64,000 nucleotides of DNA, from contig CM120640.1 of assembly GCA_051362555.1 (NCBI GenBank), forward strand, positions 65,016,788 to 65,080,787. Direction: 5' to 3'. This document shows, piece by piece, positions 26,534 to 59,716 of this stretch. The notes under the pieces were generated by a model. The model ran no database searches, had not been told where the DNA came from, and saw only the letters and a program-made list of their open reading frames with translations. The position numbers were made by a program, and so were the translations under genes. How positions within the stretch are numbered: the first letter of the stretch is position 1; every line of letters begins with the position of its first letter. The DNA is from Lingula anatina. Its lineage: Eukaryota > Animalia > Brachiopoda.

Positions 26534-27414
26534 TCAAATATAGGGGCGATGTTATTAAACAGTATTAAGTTATCATATAGCGTTTGTATAATCCAGGATT
26601 GGGCTTTTTTTGCTTAAATTACATGTTCAAGTCACTGTATTTAAGCATGAAATGCACCGCGAGGATGAGCGACAAAACGTTACTGTTTATTAGTGCATTG
26701 GTTACTGCATGCCCATGGTCAGGTGTTTGTAGAGAAACAAACCTACAAATAAAGATGTTTGAAAACAGTAACAGTGCCTAAGAGAGAGAGGGAGAGAGAG
26801 AGGACAGCAAAGTGTAACACGCCTATATCTCTTTTTAAAATCCCTCAAGCATTTATTATTTTCTTTTTAGATGCAAATTTATGCTAATATATGTACATTA
26901 TATGTATAGCACAAATAAACCGTTTACTAGTTATTTTAAGATAATTGTTATGGACAACACTGAATTTTTGTCGAATATTTCTCCTTCCCCTATTAAATGT
27001 CTTTTGTATTTAACACCCATGATCCTATTGATTGGAACTGCTTACAAATCCTCGTGTACAGTACGTAAGTGATGCGCGAGAAGACATCATACATCATTTA
27101 AACACCCCTTATGGGCCACACCTTCTGGGTACTAAGTAGGCCTATAGAATACAATAAACTGGGCTTTTTAACTCTCGGGTCAATAACTGGGACGCACGCA
27201 TTAAAACCGCATAATAAAAATACATTGTGACGATGCAGAGGTCAATAACTAGAACGCATAGTACTGTGTTACCATGTGCACAAAATTATATCCTGAAGCT
27301 GATTATTTTCGATATAAATAGCGTGTATTCTGCCCTGACTCAATATCGGTACAAGTATCAACAGAGACAGCACAGTCTGCATAGATTTTGTTCATTCAGC
27401 ACAACAAATACAAA

Positions 27415-28688
27415 ATGCCTTGCGACTTGTCCGGCGTGTGGAAACATGACAGAAGTGAAAATCTTGATGGGTTTTTGGGCGCACTTGGTAGGTAATGACC
27501 AGATAACCTAAATTTAATATTCACAATAGTGTCACTTACACTACTATTATTTCGTAAATAATTCCTGTTCTTGGTGAGTCTTCTCGTGTCTAAGGGTTAG
27601 ATTGATTGAATATTGTTTTTCTTTGTGTGACATAATGGAAATCATACCTATTTACCGCTTATATTGATGCTCTATAGGTATGCATTTTTCCACACATAAG
27701 CAAGAGTGTATGTTAATATGCCTTTGGCAGAATTTGAAAATTAAGCGTTCAAAACAAACTAAAATTATTTATACGTATTTAGGAATGAACGCCTTAAAGA
27801 GAAAGATGGCGATGCAAGTAACGCCGGTTATAGACATCAAACAGGACGGCGACAAGTTTGTAGCGAAGACATCAGGTGGACCAAAGACAAACACTATGGA
27901 GTTTACTGTAGGAAACGAGTTGGAAACAGAGATGTTTGACCATAAAATGAAGGTACTAGTAGGTCTAGGCTATAATACACTTTTTCAGTTACTGCTATTA
28001 ACCATAGAATAACAAAATCAATATTAATATAAACTATAGCATATCATGGCAATGTACACATACTGAGGAAGATGTTTCATTAACGAATTAATAAAAAACA
28101 TACTAGTACATGTAGATAATTGTTGAAATTTAATAACTTATTCATCTCTCTCTCTCTCTCTCTCTCATGTCATCCCGACGTTTCAATTCAGTTGCTCTCT
28201 CTCTCTCTCATGTCATTTCGACGTTTCAATTCAGTTGCTCTCTCTCTCTCATTCCGACGTTTCAATTCAGTTGCTGTCCTCCTGGGACGGGAACAAACTG
28301 ATGATGAACTTCACACCAGTGAAGGAATGGAAAGGACCAATGGTCGTCAGCAGAGAGATTGTAGCAGACGAAATGGTACAGGTGCGAACCTCTTTTGAAA
28401 TGTTCTGCTTTGTCCGCACTATTACTTAGTGTTAGGGATAAAATGTACATTGCTGGTAATCGCAAATAATTACTAGCACGATAAAGTGCGTTTGTTTTTG
28501 TTCCTACATGTTTTTATTGTTTAAACTATAAAGATGAAATGATTGGTCTAGAAAAGAAAACTATGAAGTATTAGGGATAAAATGAATATTTCTGGTATTA
28601 GCAAACCTCACTTATGTATTTTATTTTGTTCTTTCAGACAATGGTGGTTGGAGGCGTGACTTGCAAACGATTCTTTAAAAAGCAGTAG
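27415..28688 (+). CDS. FABP: FABP/iLBP copy 4, 134 aa
   Basis: Exons 27415-27487, 27783-27952, 28271-28381, 28638-28688. MPCDLSGVWKHDRSENLDGFLGALG...WDGNKL...SREIVADEMVQTMVVGGVTCKRFFKKQ*. Confidence 0.93.
28144..28275 (+). repeat. Three imperfect tandem copies of the FABP-4 exon-3 acceptor
   Basis: (CT)n...cgacgtttcaattcagttgct occurs three times, with AG ending at 28191, 28234 and 28270. Confidence 0.95.
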
Positions 28689-29146
28689 TTTAGATCTTTC
28701 AACTATGATACAAGCGGACTTTTGTAGCCTGTGAATATACTGGTAGCCACTAAAAGAAGTATGGTCATTTTGATCCCTTTATGTTTTTATTGCTAAAGCC
28801 ATAAAGATGAAATGATTGGTCTAGAAAAGAAAAACTATGGGAGTGTGGTGACAGTCATTACTTAAAAGGTCTGCTAAAATAACATGTTGGCTATAAGCAT
28901 GTTTAAATACAATCGTTCTCTGTAATACATATAAGGACTGTTTTTATAATAAATCTACTTAGACATTTAGTTGTGAGAAAGAAGTAGGCCTTCAATAAAG
29001 TGGACAGCCTTCAAAAAGGGCGTGGATTTAAATGTGTTAGATTTATATTTGGTTTTAGTACTAATTTTGGACTGAATCAGTTCTGTTGGATGTCTTCAAC
29101 TACCTAATGCCCCTTTCTACTGGGTGACAAGTTGACAACTGACACG

Positions 29147-29336
29147 TACGGGTGTTACAATAATGGCAGTCCACAATAGGAACCGTAGTCCGCTCCCCAT
29201 ACGGGTGATATTCGCCCCATATACTTCCCCCAATCAAGGAGTTATAACTCCTTGCCCCAATACTCCGGCTAACTCTAACCTGCACTTAGCATATGGGACC
29301 CCGATATCTAGGACTACCATTCCTGTCACACCGGTA
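29147..29336. mobile_element. Degenerate short MITE
   Basis: tacgggtgttacaataatggcagtcc compared with the reverse complement of the right end, taccggtgtgacaggaatggtagtcc: a ~26-bp imperfect inverted repeat. Confidence 0.45.
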
Positions 29337-29948
29337 CATAGTACATACGCTCGTATACAGTATGTATGTTGCAGTATTACACATAGTACATGTACTTCCA
29401 AACCCCTCAAATCCTCAAACGTGATAATTAATCACTGATTAGCGATGATTCGAATCAAACTAATTCGAAATTATTATCAAAGCCTAACTTAAGCTATAAA
29501 TAATTATAACTCGTGGTTGAATTATTTGCATATAATCAATTCCGTTTGTGTTCAATTATACGGCACCCAAGTGTTTGTTTAATAAATATTATACACACAA
29601 TTGCACGAATGTATCTTTTTTTGTATAAGGAGCTGACAATCAATAATGCATGGTTTATAAAGGCCAAAAATCGGGACGCAAATATATACATAGGCCAGTA
29701 TGAAAACCAACTAAAGCTAGCGACACAAAAATAAAACGCAGCAAAAGTCAGCAGCACAATATTTAATGCCTGCCTAGTAACGTGTAAGATTACCAAAGTG
29801 AAGACAGTGTAGAATTACTGTCAGGAGCCAGAACCCCCTTGAGTTTATTCGTTGTAGAGGTTGGGTCTAGATTGTGCGGCGAAATAGCCCCCTTCGCTTT
29901 GAAGACGTTTTCATTTATCAACTGATACCTAAATTAATACGATACACC

Positions 29949-32269
29949 ATGCCTTGCGATTTCAACGGTGTTTGGAAACATGACAAGACTGAAAACTTTG
30001 ATGCATTTCTGGATGCTCTTGGTAAGTTGGAAAATCATGATGAAATGTACGATTACTAATATGAATATCTTTTGCGCCTGCTTTTAAATGAACAATGTAA
30101 AGTTGCAAAGGCGTGGTTACATCTACCTGAATTTACCCTCTTGCCTGGACTCTGAAATATAGGATAGTTTCAATGAGGTTTGAGCGTCCAGAAGATTTCG
30201 CAATACTTAATGGTTTCATGCTCTCTGTTCGGATTAGTTAGCTTAAAGTCTGTGTCTATTGCAATGGAATACCGCCCATTGATTACTTTGAATTAAGTCA
30301 ACAAATCAGGACAATGAAGCTCCATTCTACATTGAGTTATTCTCCTCACGGCCTCTGTGCCGTTTAGGCTGAGAAAAAAAACGTAGGTGGCAGCTGTTGA
30401 AGTTGATGGTAGGAAAAGCCGAAAACGTTAAGTAGAAAAATTCTTAAATCTCGAGAGAGGAGGAGGGGCATCTGACTTCCACCCCCCCCCCCCCCCCCCC
30501 ACCCCCCACCTCCAATCCCCACGCGCACACAACCTTGATAAATACTGCCATTTTGTGTGTGATGAAGTCACATATGCTAGGGGGCACACGTATATAAACA
30601 CACCAATACACCCCAAAGGACCTTACTATTAGGTTTAGAGATGCGCGCGCGCGTGTGTGTGAAGCCTGTGGGTAGGGGACAGCGGCTGCGGTCTGCTTTT
30701 ACTCTAACATATAATCGCGTATTAAGGCAGTTACCTTTTCCTATTCCAAATTGCAATGGACATTTTTAGATTACTGCCGCTTCTATGTCTTTGTGAAAGG
30801 GCATATTCAGTAGCATGAATGTGTCACCATGGCAATGAGTTCTTCTCAGTAGATATGTTTGAGATTTTGCCACGTTTTACCTTTTTATTTACATATTATC
30901 AGCCTACACTAACGTAGTTACTGTGTTGCAAAGCCAATTCAACACACCAACTGGTTTTTATGCAAACGTTTTTCGCAAAAATCTTTAGGAGTAAACGCCG
31001 CAAAAAGGAAGATAGCAGCGGCTATAACGCCAGTAATGGAGATAACACAGGACGGTGACAAGTTTGTGGTGAACGCGTCAGGGGGACCAGGAGGGGCCAC
31101 AAAACTGGAGTTCACCATAGGACAAGAATTTGAATCCGAGATGTTTGGCCATAAAATGAAGGTAATTATAGTTCAAAATGACCCTGCATCCTGTCATTCT
31201 ACTTGGTAATATTTGTGAAGAAAAAACGAATCCTTAAATGCAAGGCAAAACAAAGATAAATGGTTCATACATTTAAATTATCAAATACAATCCGAAAAAC
31301 TTTCATACCGCTAGTTTACGGCCAATCTGGAAGTAGGCCTGCATCAGACTGATGTGAATATTTGATAATTTTCGTTATGATCCAACTACAAAGCCAATGA
31401 AGGTTTTGCTCTAAGAGTTTTGCATATTGAAAAACTAATGAAAAAGGTGCCCTCCCTCACCTCACTACGTTTTGCTCATTTTCAGAACAAGCCGAGTTGG
31501 GACGGTAACAAACTGAAGATGATTATGACGCCCTTGGGTGATCTGAAAGGTCCGATAGTCATCACCAGAGTGGTTCAAGGAGATGAATTAAATCAGGTCA
31601 TTCATTTTATATATTCATCAAATCATTTCTAATATATGCACCTTCTTTTAACAGTTAAAGTTGAATCCCTGAAAGTCGGTCTTTCCACGAACATCCCTAA
31701 ACGCAGATGCAGTAGTATATAAAGCCCCCTTTACACTGGACGGCGTCCTTTCTGCGACCATGGAATTTGGCATCGCTGTGGTCTTAATAAGGAGGCTCGA
31801 GCATTGATTTTGTATCAGAATGAATGCTCAGTGATCGGCCAGTTGTCGGCACGTAAAGTATTGTAATTTTTAACTCTCAAATGGGGCCGTACTGCTGGAC
31901 GCAGAAAGGACGCCGTCCAGTGTAAAGGGGGCTTTAATGACACATCCGTGAAATGCATGTATGTATATTGGCTGATATATATATCTGAGGGGGCATTAAA
32001 AATTATATGTAACTTCTGACCCATCTGCCTAGAAAAATAGGTATATGTACCTAAGGGCGTGTTTTAATCAAGCTTGATTACACGTACCCTACATTTGCAA
32101 CTGTGAGTATACAGCGAACAGATAAATACACGTGGTCTAAATGCCCCCCCCCCCCCCCCCCCCCTCCCAATAGACCACTCTATGCCAGAGAAATAACTGA
32201 AATTCTTATCAATTTCAGAGGATGGAGGTTGGAAATGTAATATGCACACGCATCTTCAAAAAACAGTAG
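29949..32269 (+). CDS. FABP: FABP/iLBP copy 5, 135 aa
   Basis: Exons 29949-30021, 30989-31161, 31486-31596, 32219-32269. MPCDFNGVWKHDKTENFDAFLDALG...WDGNKL...TRVVQGDELNQRMEVGNVICTRIFKKQ*. AATAAA at ~32567 and ~32618. Confidence 0.95.
31722..31934. mobile_element. MITE with ~35-bp perfect TIRs (Harbinger/Tourist-like ends)
   Basis: aagccccctttacactggacggcgtcctttctgcg ... cgcagaaaggacgccgtccagtgtaaagggggctt, flanked by TA/TAA on both sides. Confidence 0.88.
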
Positions 32270-35148
32270 TCCCCGCCTAGTCAAGAAACACCCGGTTTTG
32301 ACTATTTATCCGGAAAAAAGATGATCTGTGCTTGTTGTTCAGCCGTTTAACTACTAGTCTGTGTTGATGTTAGTTATTTCAGATAGCAGGGATAAATATA
32401 CGGACACTGCCCCAGGAACCGTTTTTTAAACACTTGAGGACGTTTTCTCGTAGAAAATGGAAAACTAGATTTCTCGTCTTCGATGAGGAATCGCATCACT
32501 ACATGTACATAACGTACTCCATAATAGTGCGAGATAGATTTTGAAAAATTTTCTAGATATTTTGTTAATAAAACGTTTTCCTTGATTATTTTTCTCCTTT
32601 ACATATTGCACGTGAAAAATAAACGCATTTTAGAGAATTAGTTTGTTTCTTTCTTTACCACGCATGCGGATCCGTCAACTCGTGTCTGGAAACCCGCACT
32701 GTGTTGAATCTGGCTTGATGTTGTGAGAAGCGCCCATAGCACATGTATTTTTTAACTACTTCAATTTCACTCAATACTTATACCGTTACGGTATCTCACG
32801 TGTAAATGAACATTCTTTTATCAACAGCCTTAATGAAAATCACGTATAATTTTATTTCAAATAATTACAGTCCCTATCCGGCCCAATATAAAGATATATC
32901 ATTACAGTAAGAGCGACCGTCATAATAAGCTTGGTGGTCTCAACGCTAAATTTCTCATGCAAACTGTCAGGTATATAGGCTGGGAAGGTATGGCATACAG
33001 GCGGGGAGGAACGGAAGACTTGTGTCTAACGCTTCTCGCAATCTCACAAAAGAGAGAAAGAATAAAGAACTCCGTAACTGAGAAAAGAATAAAAATCTCT
33101 GTAACTGAGACATACCACATGCTTATGGAAGAGTAACTTTAGTGTTACTCTATAGTTAGAACCAACCATTATCAAACAGTTTTATAAACCCCACCCCTTC
33201 ATTGAACACTGTAATATCTAGAAAATAATGGCGATTTACAAGCCTGTGTGTCCACAAGCGGCACAAACTATCCAGATCGTAAAAGATATCTCTCAATCAC
33301 TAGGTCTCTCTCTTTCTCTCTCATCAACAGGTTTTAACCCATAAAAGGGCATCTCGTATTGTGCTCTTTCTATAGGTTACGGTAATACAACAGTAACAAC
33401 TATAGTACCAGACAATGTAACACATTAGGTAAGTAGAACTACAATCCGACGGTAGCCAATGTAGAAATATTATACAGCAGTTAGGTTTCTTCAGGTGTAC
33501 AGCATGGCTTCATATAAAAGAATATCAACAGTATTTTAGCTAATTAATTAGTCCACCACTTGCTTCTGGGCAATCTGTCTGTAAGTACACAAAATAATAA
33601 TAATAATAACATGGACTCTGTCTACAAGTCGCAGTATAACAATATTATTACAATATAATCATATCTACATTATAGAATGTATTTCCATGACGAGTGTACA
33701 TGAATTTGGCATGGTTCTCAATCACAGTAGGCAACCTCCAACTTCTATCACCAAACTCTCACAGTTTTCAGACCACCTTCTAGCCAATTCTATTACAATA
33801 AATAATAAGGTCAATCACAAGGCTTTGGCTACTGATCTACTCAGCTCTACTGATAACTGTTACTTAGGTGAACTCTTCCTGCTCTCAGAGCAAAACTTGC
33901 TGCTTAACAGTCTTTCATTCTGTAGGTGATCTCCAAGCTATGAAACATTACACAAACATTCTAGTTTTCTCTGTGATAAAGGTGAGAATCCAAATGTAAC
34001 CCAAAGAGCTCAGCTCATCCTACATCAGCACACAGTGGCCAAGCTATGATGTCTATGTCTTGAGGAGAGTGTTATGTACAGGTCTGCACTGTACCAGACA
34101 CAGGCTTGTATCAATATCAAGAAACCCATCACAGAACCATCATTAATACTACATGCAAGTTAATTAAATATCTGCTAAACTGAATATTTTGAAGTGTGGC
34201 TTAAGTTATTCATTTTAGAAAAGATTACATACAATTCTTTGAAAGGGGTTAACAAGTCCTTCAAATATACAATAAGTGGAGATTTATCCCAGCAGTAATT
34301 TTATACAACACCACCACTTCTTGTTATATAGCAGTATAGTAAATAAATATTAGCATGCCTAGTAGTCTATATGGAATATAATCACAAGCATATAGAGTAT
34401 AGCTCACTGAAGAATAGTTTTCACAAACATGATGAGGCCACATATGCCAGTCAGCCTTATATCTACTTAATCTACATATACACAAACATTCGCAATAATA
34501 TTCATATAAAAGCAATTGCATATGACATTCAGATTATCTGTTTAATACACAGGTGTCCAGACCACTCACAGACAATACTGCACTGGTGGTGAGAACACTA
34601 TACCTAATGCTCTCATCTGTTATTGGAATAGTAAACACTTGCCATCATGGACACTTGTCATCATTTAAGAATCACTGCCATAAAACTCTCAAAACTGATA
34701 AATGTGGTGGTAAAATTTTCTGCCCTCTTGATACTTATAATGCCCTCAACTAGTTTATGTGTCAAAATAAAAGGGGTCTTGAATAACCCACCACGGGCCA
34801 GGAAGCACAGTATCTCTCCATGCAGTGAAAATCTGTGAGAATCTGGAATTTGTGTCTAATTGACTCAGTCAACTGTACATTTGACTGAAATAAGCTGCAA
34901 TCACATGGAAGCAAGCATTTTTTTTCCATTGTACTTTGTCTTTAACAATAAAATGATATTCATACTTAACAGAGCATTATGAAATATGTATGAAAAAAGC
35001 AACCATTTGCAAAACATTCTTTATCTTCTTTTTTTTTTTTCAACAGTTTCACTTTATTGTCTTTGCTGTGATTTACTGAGTCTTATTATAGCAAGGACAG
35101 GATGCTACCTATCCCAGTCTGTAGATAGAGCAGCACTGCTGCAGCCAA

Positions 35149-56602
<21,454 letters not shown>

Positions 56603-57020
56603 CTAAAAGAGGAAAATGAGTGAAGATAACTTGACCTATTTTTCATCCACTGGGTTGAATTTTAAGATCCCATTCTTGTTTTTTGCTTTCAAAGAGCCTT
56701 CACAGACAAACAACACTCCTAATCTTAGAACCATGTCACTGACCTCTTTTAGAGTCTAATACTGATTTCTGAAGTGATGTTTCAGTTGAATTAGACTCTG
56801 TCTTCCAGTTATTGGCTTCAAAGCGGAACCGGTATTGGGTATGATGGTGCGCATGTGCAAAGGTCAATATGAAGTGTCTCGTGACAGCTGAACGTGGCAT
56901 TACGATACCTGAGGGCGGACCTGAAATAGCACGTGGCCCATTTAAACGTTATCAGTGAGTTTTCAGTTTATATCAACAGAAAATGAAAAATAAATCAATA
57001 AATGTTTTTAACTTTCTCAC

Positions 57021-57080
57021 CTTAAAATGCGTGTATGGGATCAGAGTGACTAGAAAGGGTAGGGGGTACAGGTACGTGGG
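57021..57080 (-). other. Probable non-coding first exon (5' UTR) of coronin
   Basis: Strong donor AAG|gtgag at 57021/57020 and acceptor ttttag|GTGATG 3 nt before the ATG. The surroundings are CpG-rich. The upstream boundary is approximate. Confidence 0.55.
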
Positions 57081-57484
57081 AGAAGCCTTTTGGAAAATCG
57101 GTAGCCTAACTGTCACTTTATCATTAGCTACGGCCTATATATTTAGTGAGCGTTAAAAGCGTAGGCTTTGAGGATATTGTAAATGTATTTCATAGAGCAA
57201 TTTTTACATTTTACGACTAAAAGCATTACTTATGAAATTTGAAATGTCATGTTTACTATTTTATCCGTGAAAGGCCTACTGCATCAGTTATTAAAAATCT
57301 AAATTCGAGATCAGGGTTCGAATTTTGTCAAGGTGAAAGCTAGAAAAACATTTAGAAAACGCGTTTAGATAGTCGTTTTAATGGAAAGAATAATGTGTAG
57401 TTGACATTGAACACTATAGGAAATGTATCAACAGTCCAACTAAAATAGAATATATAGCAGTCATAGAGAGCAGGCCCTCGCTAA

Positions 57485-58558
57485 GGCCACACTTTTTTAA
57501 TTTTATGGATGACATCCTGCGCGCGCACCGATTTTCGTCCGTTCTCCAAAAAAAAAAAAAAAAAAATCCCCCCCCCCCCCCCAAGGAAGTCGGTTGTCGC
57601 AAACGTCGTTATTGAATTTGCCGGAAAATGCAATCGGCAATCCTCGGCTAATTCCGCAAGCTCCATACTGTCATTGTCAACTGCGGAGACATCCAAGTAG
57701 TTCCAAGTGCGGAAAATGAGCTTTCTGCGCATGCGTATTATCACCACGTGGAAATGGCCGCTTTGCCGTCAAATTCATCTCTAGCATTAATTTCAAAATA
57801 CACGACAATTAAAGTCATAAAGAGAACGGGGGCCGTCGTTTTGGATTGGTTTGCCATTGATATTGGACATGGAGATATCACCCTTTTACAATTATACGAA
57901 AGGCTGGCCGCGGCCAGCGATCATCGCCCAGAAAATTTCAGTGACATTCTGTCCAAAGCAGCACATACCAGGTTTTTTTGTAGCGAAAAAAGGGTCGACA
58001 AGAGCGTCGTGGTATTTGGTGGACTGAAGGTCGGACAGGCCACCCGATAGTTGGCTGCTACGTGTGAGTCGAAGTAGACAAAATGGCATCGACCGAAATT
58101 ACCTTTTTTAGATTTGGTAGTAGGAAGCATAGGCCTATCTTTGCTTCATTTTTTTAACAATTCTGTGAAAAGTTTCCAATGCTTTAATTTTCTGAGAGTA
58201 CAAATAAAGACACGCTGTTTATTTGATATTTGATTATTGACTGCTATACCAACAGAATGCATGAAATAACCTTAAATAGATTTGGTAATATGCAGCATAT
58301 ATATTCATGACTTTTTACCTTTCTACGAAGTAGGCCCTATTCACAATGCTTTAATATTTTGAGAGCATGGATAAAGACATGTTGTTAGTTTGATACATGT
58401 TTCTGTGGTAAATTAGTGTTTCCAGCTGTGTACTGAAAACATAACTTTTCTTAAGCAGTTTTTTTTTTTTTTTTTGGACTGTTTTTTTTTTTTCGCCCGC
58501 TCGCACCGATTTTGGGGTCCCCAGAGGATGTCATCCATAAAAATAAAAAAGTGTGGCC
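57485..58558. mobile_element. Non-autonomous DNA transposon with ~34-bp TIRs and a TAA TSD (PIF/Harbinger-like)
   Basis: taa|ggccacacttttttaattttatggatgacatcct ... aggatgtcatccataaaaataaaaaagtgtggcc|taa. A subterminal cgcaccgatttt occurs near both ends. Confidence 0.88.
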
Positions 58559-58766
58559 TAATTAAAGCAACTCACTTCTCATTACTATGAATCTTTATTT
58601 ATTAGTTAATGAATTAATTGATAACTTAATTCTCATTACTATAAATTTATTATAAATAAACTTATTAATAAAATTCTCATTATTATTCATTATTATCAGT
58701 TTATTAAATTATGTATTAACAATAGCACTAATTAGGCTAATTGATTGAATTATTAATAAACTAATT

Positions 58767-59052
58767 CAGGGGCGGGTCCAGGATTATTTGAAGCGGGGGG
58801 TTCACGGATGCAATGCCGACCGTCTCCCCCCCCCCCCCTCCCTTGGCATGGGGTTTGGGGCCCGCTGAAGGGCCCAAAAAATTTGGTATTTCAGAGGGCA
58901 AACGGTGCCATTTGGTATGGTTTAGAACTACGATTCAGCAAGTCAAAATTCTAATTTCAAGAGGGGACCATTGATGTGATTTTTTTCAGAAATCGAAAGG
59001 GGGGGATCAGGACCCCCCTGACCCCCCCCCCCCCCACCCAAATCTGCTACTG
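58767..59052. mobile_element. Short CAGGGGCGG-type MITE
   Basis: taatt|caggggcgggtccagg ... aatctgctactg|taatt; a GC-rich island in AT-rich DNA. Confidence 0.6.
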
Positions 59053-59716
59053 TAATTGATAATCTTATTTATTGATTCACTATTCCTAATCACCACCCAA
59101 CTATAGCCCATTTCGGACCTGACCTGAAAAAAAAAATCAAAAATGTGTCAAGTTCAATATATATATTTTTATTTCCTTACAAACAGTGCGGATCAGTTGT
59201 TTTTTACCAGATTCATACCAGTAATTACTGCTGCCAACATAGTTCTTTTACATGTTATTTTAAGTCTGGATTTGTCTCATATCCGGCTTAAGAAGAAAAA
59301 CTATTTTAAATACGAAAATGAAATCATTGTGTATATATGTGCAAGATAGCATGTTTACGCTTGGAACTTGTTTAAAACTTAGAACTTGTCCTTCAAAACA
59401 CATAAAGGTTAACTTTGCTTCCTTTTTAAAATTATTTATGTCAGTTATAAAAAAACTGAAAGTGACAGTTTGTTTCTCTCATTACATGAGCTTTTGGTGG
59501 CCAATGCATCAGCTTCACAAATCATCGATCACATCCTGCCCTAGTTCCTGGAGTTGGAACTATGTCCTTGAAACTGCGTGCAGTCATTATTATGCTTCAT
59601 TACGTCTTTCGCAAGCACAGGCTTCGGTTCCTTTTTATAGCAACTCTAAATGAGAACCAGATATCAAACACAGAGGTCTGTTTAACAGCGCAGTCGTTGC
59701 AAATATTGCGGAAAAC

